The notes under the pieces are model-generated. The model ran no database searches, was not told the origin of the DNA, and was given only the letters and a program-made list of their open reading frames with translations. Below, piece after piece: positions 1 through 7,414 of a stretch of DNA of 46,817 nucleotides. The position numbers and the translations under genes are program-made. The DNA comes from a virus. Positions within the stretch are counted from its first letter, which is position 1; each line of letters opens with the position of its first letter. The DNA lies in IMG/VR virus record IMGVR_UViG_3300045988_073363, positions 1-46,817 of that record; one strand, 5' to 3'.

Positions 1-119
1 AGCGGATTTGCAAAAATTGCGGGCATCAGTTTCTTACTATTGAATTTATCTTAGAAAAGGACGATGGCCTTGCGATGCGCGAATGGAATAAATGGCACAG
101 AGATGGACATAAAAAAAGC
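1..119. repeat. Terminal direct overlap, copy 1 (identical to 46699..46817). Indicates circular closure or terminal redundancy of a 46,698-bp genome.
   Basis: Bases 1-119 (agcggatttgcaaaaattgc...atggacataaaaaaagc) recur exactly as the last 119 bases of the window. Confidence 0.9.
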
Positions 120-131
120 CGCGAAGCATAA
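1..131 (+). CDS. C-terminal part of the NrdR-like zinc-ribbon protein that starts at 46617; the ORF spans the circular junction.
   Basis: The reading frame continues from ATG 46617 through the overlap (..RKRICKNCGHQFLTIEF..WHRDGHKKSREA) to TAA at 129-131. Confidence 0.6.
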   Translation, partial: RICKNCGHQFLTIEFILEKDDGLAMREWNKWHRDGHKKSREA

Positions 132-141
132 ACCTCGCGGC
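111..141 (-). terminator. Intrinsic terminator at the end of the late/accessory arm; also closes the convergent plus-strand arm.
   Basis: 7-bp GC stem gccgcga (118-124) / tcgcggc (135-141). On the minus strand it is followed by T7 (111-117). It lies between two convergent genes. Confidence 0.6.
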
Positions 142-151
142 TAAGTATGAG

Positions 152-694
152 TTAATCTTTGAATTTCTTGTGATACTTGTCTTGAATCTCGGTCAGGTAA
201 ATCATGTCGTAATCGCAACATTCGAGTTCGATGAACAACCTTTCGGCAAACTTTAATTCGTTTGAAACATCGTGAATCAGTTTCTTGCCGATAAAATCTG
301 CGTAGTCGATTTCTCCAAGTTCAAGCAATTCCCTGTACATTTTAGCATAGAACTGGCGAGTGTCATTTTCCCAGTTCACCCACTTTGCCATAGCATCTCT
401 GACAGCGCGTCTTTTTGTCGTTGCATCGACATCTTTACGAGCATAGTTGTACCAGTTGGCAGGGATTTGGCTTGTGACATTTATCTCAGACTTAGGAATA
501 AGCTTGTTTTCGTGGTTGACATAAAAGCTGTCAACTTCAACCATTGCACGGGTTTCATCAAAAAAATGATGCTCGTGCATACGCTTAAACCCGTGGAGAT
601 TCAGAAAATCAAAGTATTGGCGCATCTGGTCGTGGAACATCGTTCCCTCGATTTGGTGCGCTTTTATTTTGGCAAAGACTTCCTCGACCGTCAT
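152..694 (-). CDS. Ferritin/Dps-like four-helix-bundle protein (accessory gene).
   Basis: ORF track 152..703. The ATG at 694 is preceded by AAGGAG. Helical repeats with E/H-rich motifs (MHEHHFFDE, WENDTRQFY, ELLELGEIDYADF) resemble ferritin-like domains. Stop is TAA. Confidence 0.4.
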   Translation of the reverse strand: MTVEEVFAKIKAHQIEGTMFHDQMRQYFDFLNLHGFKRMHEHHFFDETRAMVEVDSFYVNHENKLIPKSEINVTSQIPANWYNYARKDVDATTKRRAVRDAMAKWVNWENDTRQFYAKMYRELLELGEIDYADFIGKKLIHDVSNELKFAERLFIELECCDYDMIYLTEIQDKYHKKFKD

Positions 695-699
695 TGCAA

Positions 700-1128
700 T
701 CACTCCTTAACGACTTCAACTGCCACGTTGGAAGTTGTAACAGCCTGACCAGTCACGATTACTTGCAAACGGCTGGAAACCTGACCGCGATACACGCGAA
801 CAGGAGCGGTGAAAGCAATACCAACGGAATCAGCTGCGGCGGCAGTCACAGTTTGTGTTGCGCCAGATACGGCTTGACCGTCCTGATACAGAGTTACCGT
901 CACAGGGCCAGCGGCAGACGCTACAAGCGTTGTATTGACCGAGACAGAATAGTATCCAGCCGCATCATTGCAAACGCAAGGACAGCCAGCAGAGCCGATG
1001 ATAACGCCATTGTTGCCAAGGCGAATAGCGTTGCCGTATTGTCTGACAGTGTTTGTCAGCGGCAAAGCATCGCCAACAGCCAGAGCGGTTGCGCCAGTGT
1101 ATGTATAATAGCCAATTGCTTTAGACAT
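700..1128 (-). CDS. Small beta-rich protein resembling the BclA C-terminal / C1q-TNF-like jelly-roll domain.
   Basis: ORF track 700..1137. The ATG at 1128 has AAAGGA 8 nt upstream; the track start is an upstream TTG. The A/G/V/T-rich beta pattern (GYYSVSVNTTL..VTVTLYQDGQAV) is typical of exosporium BclA-C-like domains. Confidence 0.4.
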   Translation of the reverse strand: MSKAIGYYTYTGATALAVGDALPLTNTVRQYGNAIRLGNNGVIIGSAGCPCVCNDAAGYYSVSVNTTLVASAAGPVTVTLYQDGQAVSGATQTVTAAAADSVGIAFTAPVRVYRGQVSSRLQVIVTGQAVTTSNVAVEVVKE

Positions 1129-1159
1129 AAATTTCAATCCTTTCGTGTTATAAAAATTT

Positions 1160-1196
1160 ATAAAAATAAAGGCAGGGCAAGTAATTCCTGCCCTGC
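1160..1196 (-). terminator. Intrinsic terminator after the TAG-interrupted gene.
   Basis: 8-bp stem gcagggca (1172-1179) / tgccctgc (1189-1196), followed on the minus strand by a T-rich run (ctttatttttat). Confidence 0.55.
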
Positions 1197-1232
1197 TTAT
1201 TACCTCGCCGTCAGGGCGTGTCTAAGTCAAAG

Positions 1233-1511
1233 TTAGACGTTCGGTGCGTAGCAGCCAGTGCAGCCACAGAACGGGGACTGGCCCGCGCTGTAAGCATAGG
1301 ACATGGGGTACTTAACCACGCCAGCCATCTGGGAAGCAAGTTCCAGAGCGCTGATTTTAGCAGCTTGCTCTTGAATCTGGCGTTCCAGACCGGCTTTTTC
1401 CAGAGCAGCGAACTTGTCATCAATGTTCTTATTGATGGCAGCGGTGTTGATAGCACCGTTGTAGTTTACGCTGTCAATGCCGCGCTGGGTAGTGCAGCAG
1501 CACTGTGCCAG
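1233..1511 (-). other. 92-codon in-frame continuation of the upstream ORF beyond TAG 1512-1514. No start codon or RBS; Cys-rich coiled-coil-like C-terminal segment.
   Basis: Manual translation after the TAG: LAQCCCTTQRGIDSVNYNGAINTAAINKNIDDKFAALEKAGLERQIQEQAAKISALELASQMAGVVKYPMSYAYSAGQSPFCGCTGCYAPNV, then TAA at 1233-1235. Same frame as 1512..1889. Confidence 0.5.
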
Positions 1512-1889
1512 CTAGGAAGCGAGAGCTGCGGCGTTATTGCTGGCTTGCAGCTGCAAGTTAGCCTGCCCGAGCGCAACCTCTTTGCCCAGACCTGCGATGT
1601 TGCCCTGCATATCGTAGCCAAGGCCACAAATGCCGTTGCCAATGTTGGTAAGACGGTCATTGATTTGACCAAAGTGCTGACCGAACAGAATGTCCTGCTG
1701 GGAAGCAGCAGTAGCATACTGGCCGAGTTCGCCGTTGCTATAACGACCACCCCAGCCGCCGCCCATGAAGCCAAAGAACAGCAGAATCAGCACCAGCCAA
1801 GAAATGCCATCGCCACCGAAACCAGTGTTGCCACGGGTCAGAGCGGCAATATCGGCAGGGGACATCATGCTAGAATCTTCCATTGCCAT
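1512..1889 (-). CDS. Membrane protein (N-terminal TM helix, Gly/Trp-rich) ending at an in-frame TAG; possibly read through to 1233.
   Basis: ORF track 1512..1901. The ATG at 1889 has AGGTGG 8 nt upstream. TM segment ISWLVLILLFFGFMGGGWGG. The stop is TAG at 1512-1514. Confidence 0.7.
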   Translation of the reverse strand: MAMEDSSMMSPADIAALTRGNTGFGGDGISWLVLILLFFGFMGGGWGGRYSNGELGQYATAASQQDILFGQHFGQINDRLTNIGNGICGLGYDMQGNIAGLGKEVALGQANLQLQASNNAAALAS

Positions 1890-1960
1890 GAGAAGTTCCA
1901 CCTTTCATAAAATTGTATATTTGAGAAAAGCAATATTGCGCACTACTGCTTAACTTCCAA

Positions 1961-2197
1961 TTAAAGGAAATTCTTTACTTGCGGATAAATCTGTTCAGCC
2001 ATCTTTTTCGCTTGGTCTACTTGTTGCTGGCTGAACCTGCCGGTCTTTACAAGTTCATCAACCACAGCGCTCGGATTCCGAGAACCGACCATCTGCTTTA
2101 TTTTACCGAGCATCTGAATCATTTGCATCGGGTTATTTTGCGGATTTGGTGTTGATTGTCCTGCCATCTGTCCGAACATCGAAGTTAGTGGATTCAT
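1961..2197 (-). CDS. Hypothetical 78-aa protein (Q/M/P-rich N-terminus).
   Basis: ORF track. The ATG at 2197 has AAAGGAG 9 nt upstream. It overlaps the 3' end of 2133..2603 by 65 nt in another frame. Confidence 0.6.
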   Translation of the reverse strand: MNPLTSMFGQMAGQSTPNPQNNPMQMIQMLGKIKQMVGSRNPSAVVDELVKTGRFSQQQVDQAKKMAEQIYPQVKNFL

Positions 2198-2603
2198 TCT
2201 TCATGTCTCCTTTCAGATTCAACAATTCGTTGAGCCGTTCATCTACGATTTTGCGAACTCCGTCAACGTCCAGAGAAACCGCCTTTACAGGCTCGCCCGC
2301 ATCCTCTTGGAATGTGAACCGCTTGAATGTTACAGCGCCGGAAATGTCGCACGCTTTCACATAGAATCTAGGATTGTTGTTGTCCATGAACCATGCAGTT
2401 TGACCGGGCTGAACAATGCGGTTTCTTGCATCCTCTTCACTAGGAACAAAGACCCATGGGGAAGCCCCTGCAAGGCTCTCTGCGGGGTTCTGCGTCTTAG
2501 GGATAAAACTATTCGCCTGCGGCATAAAAGCCTGTTGCTGTGGCTGATAGCCGCTACTCCATGGATTGTAGCCCATGGGTTGTCCGTACATTGGCATTGG
2601 CAT
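2133..2603 (-). CDS. Hypothetical protein with a P/Q/M/Y-rich low-complexity N-terminus and a beta-rich C-terminal domain.
   Basis: ORF track. The ATG at 2603 has GAGGTG 7 nt upstream. Stop is TAA. Confidence 0.65.
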   Translation of the reverse strand: MPMPMYGQPMGYNPWSSGYQPQQQAFMPQANSFIPKTQNPAESLAGASPWVFVPSEEDARNRIVQPGQTAWFMDNNNPRFYVKACDISGAVTFKRFTFQEDAGEPVKAVSLDVDGVRKIVDERLNELLNLKGDMKNESTNFDVRTDGRTINTKSAK

Positions 2604-2643
2604 CGTTTAACACCTCATTTCTGATTAAATTATAAAAAGAAAA

Positions 2644-2671
2644 AGCCCTATCGAGAAGTCCCGATAAGGCT
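2644..2671 (-). terminator. Bidirectional-looking intrinsic terminator after the sigma-like gene.
   Basis: Stem agccctatcg / cgataaggct (9 of 10 bp), flanked by an A-run upstream and T-runs on both strands. Confidence 0.55.
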
Positions 2672-2687
2672 TTTATTAGTCTATTAT

Positions 2688-2903
2688 TCAGATGTGTTTG
2701 AACAACTGTTCTTCGGCTTTATAGGTGATAGCTTTGATTCGTTGGACGGAGTAGCCAAATTCTTCTGAAAGCTGGTCAAATGTTCGCTCGTCAATCAGGC
2801 GGCGTTTCAGAACAGCTCTCGGCGTTTCACCTCTGACCCACAAATCAATCAGTTCGGATAACTCTTTGTTAGAAATATCCTCACTTACCACTCTTTTTGC
2901 CAT
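2688..2903 (-). CDS. Small sigma-70 region-4-like HTH protein; candidate late transcription regulator.
   Basis: ORF track 2688..2924. The ATG at 2903 has GGAG 5 nt upstream. TFDQLSEEFGYSVQRIKAITYKAEEQL resembles the sigma region 4.2 HTH. Confidence 0.5.
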   Translation of the reverse strand: MAKRVVSEDISNKELSELIDLWVRGETPRAVLKRRLIDERTFDQLSEEFGYSVQRIKAITYKAEEQLFKHI

Positions 2904-2990
2904 TGCTCCGATTCTTTCTGACACGGGTTCTTGTCTTAGTCCGCGTTGTCGTGGTAACTGTCTTAATGCGTACTTTCTGCTTTGCCATTG

Positions 2991-3296
2991 TTAATCACCG
3001 CCCGCCGTAACATCAAGGCTTGCATCGCCATCAGCAGTTTCTTGTGTTGCTTCAACTGTTTGCGTTGTAGTGGTTGTCACTGTTTCAGATGTCTGCACTT
3101 GGAACTGTGCTTCATAGAACAGCCACGCAACATTTGTTGCAACAAGCAAGACAATAAGCAGAACAATAATCGAAAAATATCGTTTCTCGCGCTTCTCGTG
3201 ACGCATTTCGCAAGATTCAAACACAAACTGCGAAATGTAATTATCCGTTCCGCTGGTAGGGTCTTTCACCATGTCCAGCTTTGTTTCGACATCCAT
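2991..3296 (-). CDS. Membrane protein of the lysis cassette: single TM helix with a Thr-rich C-terminal tail.
   Basis: ORF track 2991..3305. The ATG at 3296 has AAGGTG upstream. TM helix YFSIIVLLIVLLVATNVAWLF. Confidence 0.6.
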   Translation of the reverse strand: MDVETKLDMVKDPTSGTDNYISQFVFESCEMRHEKREKRYFSIIVLLIVLLVATNVAWLFYEAQFQVQTSETVTTTTTQTVEATQETADGDASLDVTAGGD

Positions 3297-3308
3297 TTGG
3301 CCCACACC

Positions 3309-3518
3309 TTAATCATCAAACAGCTTGTCCTTGATTTCTTCAAGGTTTTTTCGGATTTCTGGAAGTTCCTTTGAAAGGGTTTCAATTACGCCGTATAGCT
3401 TATCCTCACGTTCCTTGGAAGTCTTAACGACCCACCAAATCAGGATAAAAAAGGCCACTACAACGCATCCAAGGATTCCGTAATTGACATATAGGTTTTG
3501 GACAACTTCGGTGGGCAT
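3309..3518 (-). CDS. BhlA/UviB-family holin-like protein.
   Basis: ORF track 3309..3527. The ATG at 3518 has GAGGTG 8 nt upstream. An N-terminal TM helix is followed by VKTSKEREDKLY, matching the BhlA signature (MKTSKERESKLY) as I recall it. Confidence 0.7.
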   Translation of the reverse strand: MPTEVVQNLYVNYGILGCVVVAFFILIWWVVKTSKEREDKLYGVIETLSKELPEIRKNLEEIKDKLFDD

Positions 3519-3523
3519 AACTG

Positions 3524-3751
3524 TCACACCTCGCTCAACTCTGCATTGTCGTAGCCGAGAGACTTTAACTTGAATCTAAAGTTCTCTGCATTTTCGCGGC
3601 TTGCGAATCGAACAAAGACTTGATACTCTTTCACTTGGGGAATATCTTCTACCGGCACAACTTCGTCAGGAACTTTGTCAGTAGAAACAATAACCGGCTC
3701 TGCATCACCGATTTGCTTTTGGTTTGCAATCTCTGCTTTCTTAGTGCGCAT
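3524..3751 (-). CDS. Hypothetical protein with a SPOR-like C-terminal motif.
   Basis: ORF track 3524..3757. The ATG at 3751 has GGGGTG upstream. YQVFVRFASRENAENFRFKLKSLGY resembles a SPOR repeat. Confidence 0.4.
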   Translation of the reverse strand: MRTKKAEIANQKQIGDAEPVIVSTDKVPDEVVPVEDIPQVKEYQVFVRFASRENAENFRFKLKSLGYDNAELSEV

Positions 3752-3766
3752 CTTCAAACACCCCTA

Positions 3767-4039
3767 TTATTTATTAGAGGACTTGAAAATGCCCTCATAC
3801 AGTGCAACAGCAGTTGCGCCAGAGCCAATACCCATTGCACACGCGGTAAACGCATCTGTGGCAGGGTAAATAGCCGGGTAAACAACCCAAGCAGCAATGC
3901 TGAGAATTGCACCAGCAACCATACAGATGACAGGAATCCACTTGTTATCTGCCGAGGTCTTTGTCTTATACGCATACGCGATAAGCTCAACAATGGCGGT
4001 AATAGATGCCATCGAAGCAACATTCATGAAAATATCCAC
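3767..4039 (-). CDS. Holin (phi LC3 / LL-H-type, multi-TM).
   Basis: ORF track. Hydrophobic helices IPVICMVAGAILSIAAWVVY and ACAMGIGSGATAVALYEG are typical of this holin family. The start is either GTG 4039 or the ATG four codons in; both have an SD. Confidence 0.7.
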   Translation of the reverse strand: MDIFMNVASMASITAIVELIAYAYKTKTSADNKWIPVICMVAGAILSIAAWVVYPAIYPATDAFTACAMGIGSGATAVALYEGIFKSSNK

Positions 4040-4087
4040 CTTGTATCACCTCTTTTTATTGTAGTGTAGCATACAAGCTCGAAATTG

Positions 4088-4180
4088 TCAAGCGTCAATT
4101 TCAATTCCGACATTTCTACATCTTGCCAGCCTGTCGGCGCAAGGCCAGCGCGGTAAAACTTCACCGTTTAAAAGTCTCAT
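4088..4180 (-). CDS. Possible 30-aa peptide.
   Basis: The ATG at 4180 has AGAAAGGA 9 nt upstream. Too short for the ORF track, and no recognisable motif. Confidence 0.25.
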   Translation of the reverse strand: MRLLNGEVLPRWPCADRLARCRNVGIEIDA

Positions 4181-4222
4181 GATTTGTTGTCCTTTCTGTT
4201 TGATAGCCAAAGCTCCCTTTAG

Positions 4223-4396
4223 TTAAGTAGTTTCCGCTTTCGGTTCTTCTTCCTTATCATCAATATCCATCAGCTCATTGTACTGTTCCTCCGTGATTCT
4301 CCCAACTGCAAAAAACACATCAATCTTATTCTTTAAATTGTCTGTCATACCGTTTCTTTCTTTAATCTTTAATAATGCTCTATATAACATAATCAT
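4223..4396 (-). CDS. XkdX-family small tail-associated protein.
   Basis: Manual ORF of 57 aa. Its ATG overlaps the fibre gene's TGA (ATGA). KIDVFFAVGRITEEQYNELM matches the XkdX-type motif (fV..g.IT.eeY.ei). Confidence 0.6.
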   Translation of the reverse strand: MIMLYRALLKIKERNGMTDNLKNKIDVFFAVGRITEEQYNELMDIDDKEEEPKAETT

Positions 4397-6276
4397 ACCT
4401 CCAATTCTGTAAGCGCTACTGCATATTCGCTGTTGACATAGGCTTCTGCGGATTGTAAGTCCATATCGTAGATGTAATCTCGGTTGTCATTTAACTGCTG
4501 TTTTACATAGTTCCACCCATTTGCCATACTTATTGGATAATTAAATACTGTATATCCGTCAAGCTGTTTTGAATTGACGCCGATGTTTGTTACTGGATAA
4601 TAGGTTGCAAGTTCTTTTAATGCCTGTGTCTGTTCTGATGTTAAAGGCAATTCTTCTTTTGAAACTGGCAAAAGCACAAATGGCTTATTATTTAAAATCC
4701 AATTGTTAAAATAATCTGATGTTATTGTTGTATCTGTGCTAAATGCAAAACCCATGTTAGCATTGGTTCCGTCAGAATTTGATGTAAAAGTTCCAATTCT
4801 ATCTGGCGTACCAGTAACAAAAGCGAAATGACTGCTAATTGAAAAAGTGTTTTTTATAACTTTATTACCACTTATTCCTACTACATCAATTGTGCTACCA
4901 TAAAATCTAAGAACACCTTTATTGATTGCTTTTGACCATCCAAACGTTTTAAGAAATAATTTTTTTACATATTTTACTATTTTGCCATTTTCAACATCAA
5001 TATAATCTGCAATGTACTGTTGACCATTTACTGTTATGTTTCCACCTTCTTTTACTGGAACTGCACAGAGGGTAACATCATTGACTGTAAATGATTGGGA
5101 ATCTACATTATCTTCGTTTGTTACTTTAACCGTAGGATTCACAACGCACTTAACCTCAACTGGATTCTCTAGCGTTGGCGTTCCATCTTGTGAGGACTTT
5201 CCATACAACATCATGTCCATAATTTTACCGCTATCAGAATCAGTAAGATGAGTTTCGCCTTGGTTCGATGCGTAGAACTTTGTAATTTTGTTGGACAAAT
5301 CTTTCTTTAGTTGGCCAATCTTTTCGCCGGTGACCTTCGCATCCGCTGCCTGCCCATCCTGCGTTAATGTTGCATCCACAACGGCATCTTTGCCAGGTGC
5401 GCCAGGTGCGCCATCTTTACCATCAGTTCCGTTTCTTATCATAGCAGTCGTTGTGCCGTTGGCATCTGTAACAGTAAATTCTGCTCCGTCATCTGTCTGA
5501 GTAACGGAGGCGGTCGGGCTTACACCGTCAGCGCCTTTGGCACCAGTATCACCCTTGTCACCCTTAGCAGATACGCCAGTGTCTGTATCTCCAACCCACC
5601 AGTTGCCGTTTTCGCCAATGTGAGGTGTCACGCCGTCTTCGCCGTCTTTGCCCGCATCGCCGGTGGCTTTCACGCCAAGGGATACCCATGTTGCACCGTT
5701 GTCATACGAGACATGCCACAAATTATCCTCGCCAATTTTCAGCTGCGGCGTTGTGCCATCATCGCCTTTGTCACCCTTTGCACCAGTGAACTTGCCGTTA
5801 TCAGCATCGGTTCTAACGCTTTGGGCAATGTCTTTCGCGTCAGTGGCGAGTTTCTTTGCTTCGGCAGATGTCGTATTCGCATTTTGCGCTTCGGTAAGAA
5901 TTTGCTGTACGACACTCGGAGTAGGTTCTGCTGGTTCTGTACCGTTTGCATTTGAGTGCTTTCTTACAATGTACTCAACATCGGCAGAAATGCGTTGCAC
6001 GCCGTCTGCAAGACCTACAAACACAATCGTCCCAACGCCGTACAAGTTAGCGGTAGCTTCCTTTGGGACTTTAATAACGCCAGTAACGGAATCAACAACA
6101 ACTTGAACAGGCTTCTTGCTAGGTGGATTAAATGTCGCCAGTACACTCAAATTCTCCCAATTTTGCGCTTTGACAATTTGAAGTTGTTCCTCTCCGTAGC
6201 TGTCAAATGTACCGAGTTCCAGCTTTTTGCCGTTATCTACGGTGGCATTGTAGCCATCAAGTTTAATAATTCGCAT
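4393..6276 (-). CDS. Tail fibre / baseplate upper protein: BppU-like N-terminus, collagen-like G-X-Y repeats and a C-terminal receptor-binding region.
   Basis: ORF track, 627 aa. G-X-Y runs include GAKGDKGDDG, GDAGKDGEDG, GDKGDTGAKGADG and GTDGKDGAPGAPGKD. Confidence 0.75.
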   Translation of the reverse strand: MRIIKLDGYNATVDNGKKLELGTFDSYGEEQLQIVKAQNWENLSVLATFNPPSKKPVQVVVDSVTGVIKVPKEATANLYGVGTIVFVGLADGVQRISADVEYIVRKHSNANGTEPAEPTPSVVQQILTEAQNANTTSAEAKKLATDAKDIAQSVRTDADNGKFTGAKGDKGDDGTTPQLKIGEDNLWHVSYDNGATWVSLGVKATGDAGKDGEDGVTPHIGENGNWWVGDTDTGVSAKGDKGDTGAKGADGVSPTASVTQTDDGAEFTVTDANGTTTAMIRNGTDGKDGAPGAPGKDAVVDATLTQDGQAADAKVTGEKIGQLKKDLSNKITKFYASNQGETHLTDSDSGKIMDMMLYGKSSQDGTPTLENPVEVKCVVNPTVKVTNEDNVDSQSFTVNDVTLCAVPVKEGGNITVNGQQYIADYIDVENGKIVKYVKKLFLKTFGWSKAINKGVLRFYGSTIDVVGISGNKVIKNTFSISSHFAFVTGTPDRIGTFTSNSDGTNANMGFAFSTDTTITSDYFNNWILNNKPFVLLPVSKEELPLTSEQTQALKELATYYPVTNIGVNSKQLDGYTVFNYPISMANGWNYVKQQLNDNRDYIYDMDLQSAEAYVNSEYAVALTELEV

Positions 6277-6277
6277 T

Positions 6278-6928
6278 TCACTTCACCCATTCGGATTTAT
6301 AAAGGCCCTGCTCGGTAAGTCCGAGTTCTTTCGCTGTGGTGTAGATTTTATCTGCATCACCTTGGGAAATGGGGCCAATGGTAATCATCTGCAACTTGGA
6401 CTTAGCAGGTTCATCCTGTACAGGCTGTTCGGGAACTTCAACCTCGGAATCATACACGCCAACGGCGTTTGCGAATCCCATGTATTGAGTGGGGTCAAGC
6501 CCTTTGCCGGTAGAAGAAGCGCGAATCTCGAAGTGGCAGTGCTTGTAAGGCGGGTTTGCCAGAGAAGCGTTGCCAGTGTTTCCCATGATTGCAAGCGCAT
6601 CGCCAGTCTTGACTTTCTGACCAACTTTTACGAGCAACTTCTCACAGTGACAGAAGTACAGGTAATTCACGACATCGGGAGTCTGGTTTGCGTCCAGCTT
6701 AACGCAGACATACCAACCCCACTCCCATGTTTTATTGCGCTTATCTGTAACTTGTCTTGCAGTTACAACAGTGCCGGAGATGGATTTTGAACCGTAGCCG
6801 GGCATGTGAATGGTGGAATCATCCAGACCATCAACGTCAGCGCCACCATGCCAAATTCTACCGCCACCACGAGTCCAACCCCAGCGGGAATAACCAAAAC
6901 GGATTCGATTCCTACCATCAAAAAGCAT
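6278..6928 (-). CDS. M23 (LytM-type) metallopeptidase; probable endolysin.
   Basis: ORF track. Motifs HGGADV ... MGNTGNAS ... HCHFEI correspond to the M23 HxxxD / HxH zinc site. RBS is AAAGGAG. Confidence 0.75.
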   Translation of the reverse strand: MLFDGRNRIRFGYSRWGWTRGGGRIWHGGADVDGLDDSTIHMPGYGSKSISGTVVTARQVTDKRNKTWEWGWYVCVKLDANQTPDVVNYLYFCHCEKLLVKVGQKVKTGDALAIMGNTGNASLANPPYKHCHFEIRASSTGKGLDPTQYMGFANAVGVYDSEVEVPEQPVQDEPAKSKLQMITIGPISQGDADKIYTTAKELGLTEQGLYKSEWVK

Positions 6929-6982
6929 AAAATGTCACGCTCCTTTTATTTATTTAATGAAATAAATTGCGACAACAACGCC

Positions 6983-7078
6983 CTACAATCTGACTTTAAC
7001 CGCATCGCGCCACTTTTCCGGAACATTGTCCAGCGTAATCAGCCCGCGCTTGATGCAGCAGATATAAAACTGTACCAT
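6983..7078 (-). CDS. 31-aa CD1375/XkdX-like peptide; ends in TAG.
   Basis: The ATG at 7078 has GGAGGTG upstream. MVQFYICCIKRGLITLDNVPEKWRDAVKVRL has the (I/V)..G..T...VPE.(W/Y)R..V pattern of small Clostridial phage tail-module peptides. The 87-aa track ORF is an upstream extension overlapping 7080..7397. Confidence 0.5.
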   Translation of the reverse strand: MVQFYICCIKRGLITLDNVPEKWRDAVKVRL

Positions 7079-7079
7079 C

Positions 7080-7397
7080 TCATTCACCTCCGGCCAGCAT
7101 CTGGGCCAGCTCCAAAATGGCCGCCGCGTTGGCGTCCACCTGTTCCTGCAGCGTGGGTTTTTCCCGCTCGGCCAGTTCCTCTGCCGTGTAAGCGTGGTAG
7201 AACTGGCAGTCCTCGTACACATCGTAGCCGGAGATGATGTGCTCAAGGCCTTTGGGGTCGTCCTCGGTGACAGTGCCCTGCATCACTTCCCGGCTCTCCG
7301 GCACATGCTCGGCAACCCGCCTGGCGGTGTAGAGATAACCGGCTGACAGGTCGGGAGAGGTCAGCTCCTCGTTGGTGATTTCATCGTAGATTTTCAT
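7080..7397 (-). CDS. Hypothetical acidic protein in the tail-fibre module (GC-rich segment).
   Basis: ORF track, 105 aa, ATG 7397. Local GC is visibly higher than in the neighbouring genes. Confidence 0.6.
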   Translation of the reverse strand: MKIYDEITNEELTSPDLSAGYLYTARRVAEHVPESREVMQGTVTEDDPKGLEHIISGYDVYEDCQFYHAYTAEELAEREKPTLQEQVDANAAAILELAQMLAGGE

Positions 7398-7414
7398 TGG
7401 TTTAGTTCCTTACT

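Noticed and set aside
1218-1910. Long plus-strand ORF (230 aa) antisense to the TAG-interrupted gene. Similar long antisense ORFs occur at 7765..8610, 17151..18551, 18674..19408, 33075..33812 and 33960..34733.
   Set aside because: They lie opposite well-supported genes, have no SD sequences and have Arg/Ser/Cys/His-rich junk-like composition. They are shadow ORFs typical of GC-biased third codon positions.
2881-2988. 35-aa extremely basic ORF (MAKQKVRIKTVTTTTRTKTRTRVRKNRSNGKKSGK) overlapping the start of the sigma-like gene.
   Set aside because: A GGTGA lies 6 nt upstream of its ATG, so it cannot be excluded. It is low-complexity, however, and overlaps the better-supported 2688..2903 start. 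I left it unannotated.
6983-7246. 87-aa version of the CD1375-like ORF.
   Set aside because: The upstream 56 codons overlap 7080..7397 out of frame and are Arg/Pro/Trp-rich. The internal ATG at 7078 has a GGAGGTG RBS and gives the typical peptide of about 30 aa.
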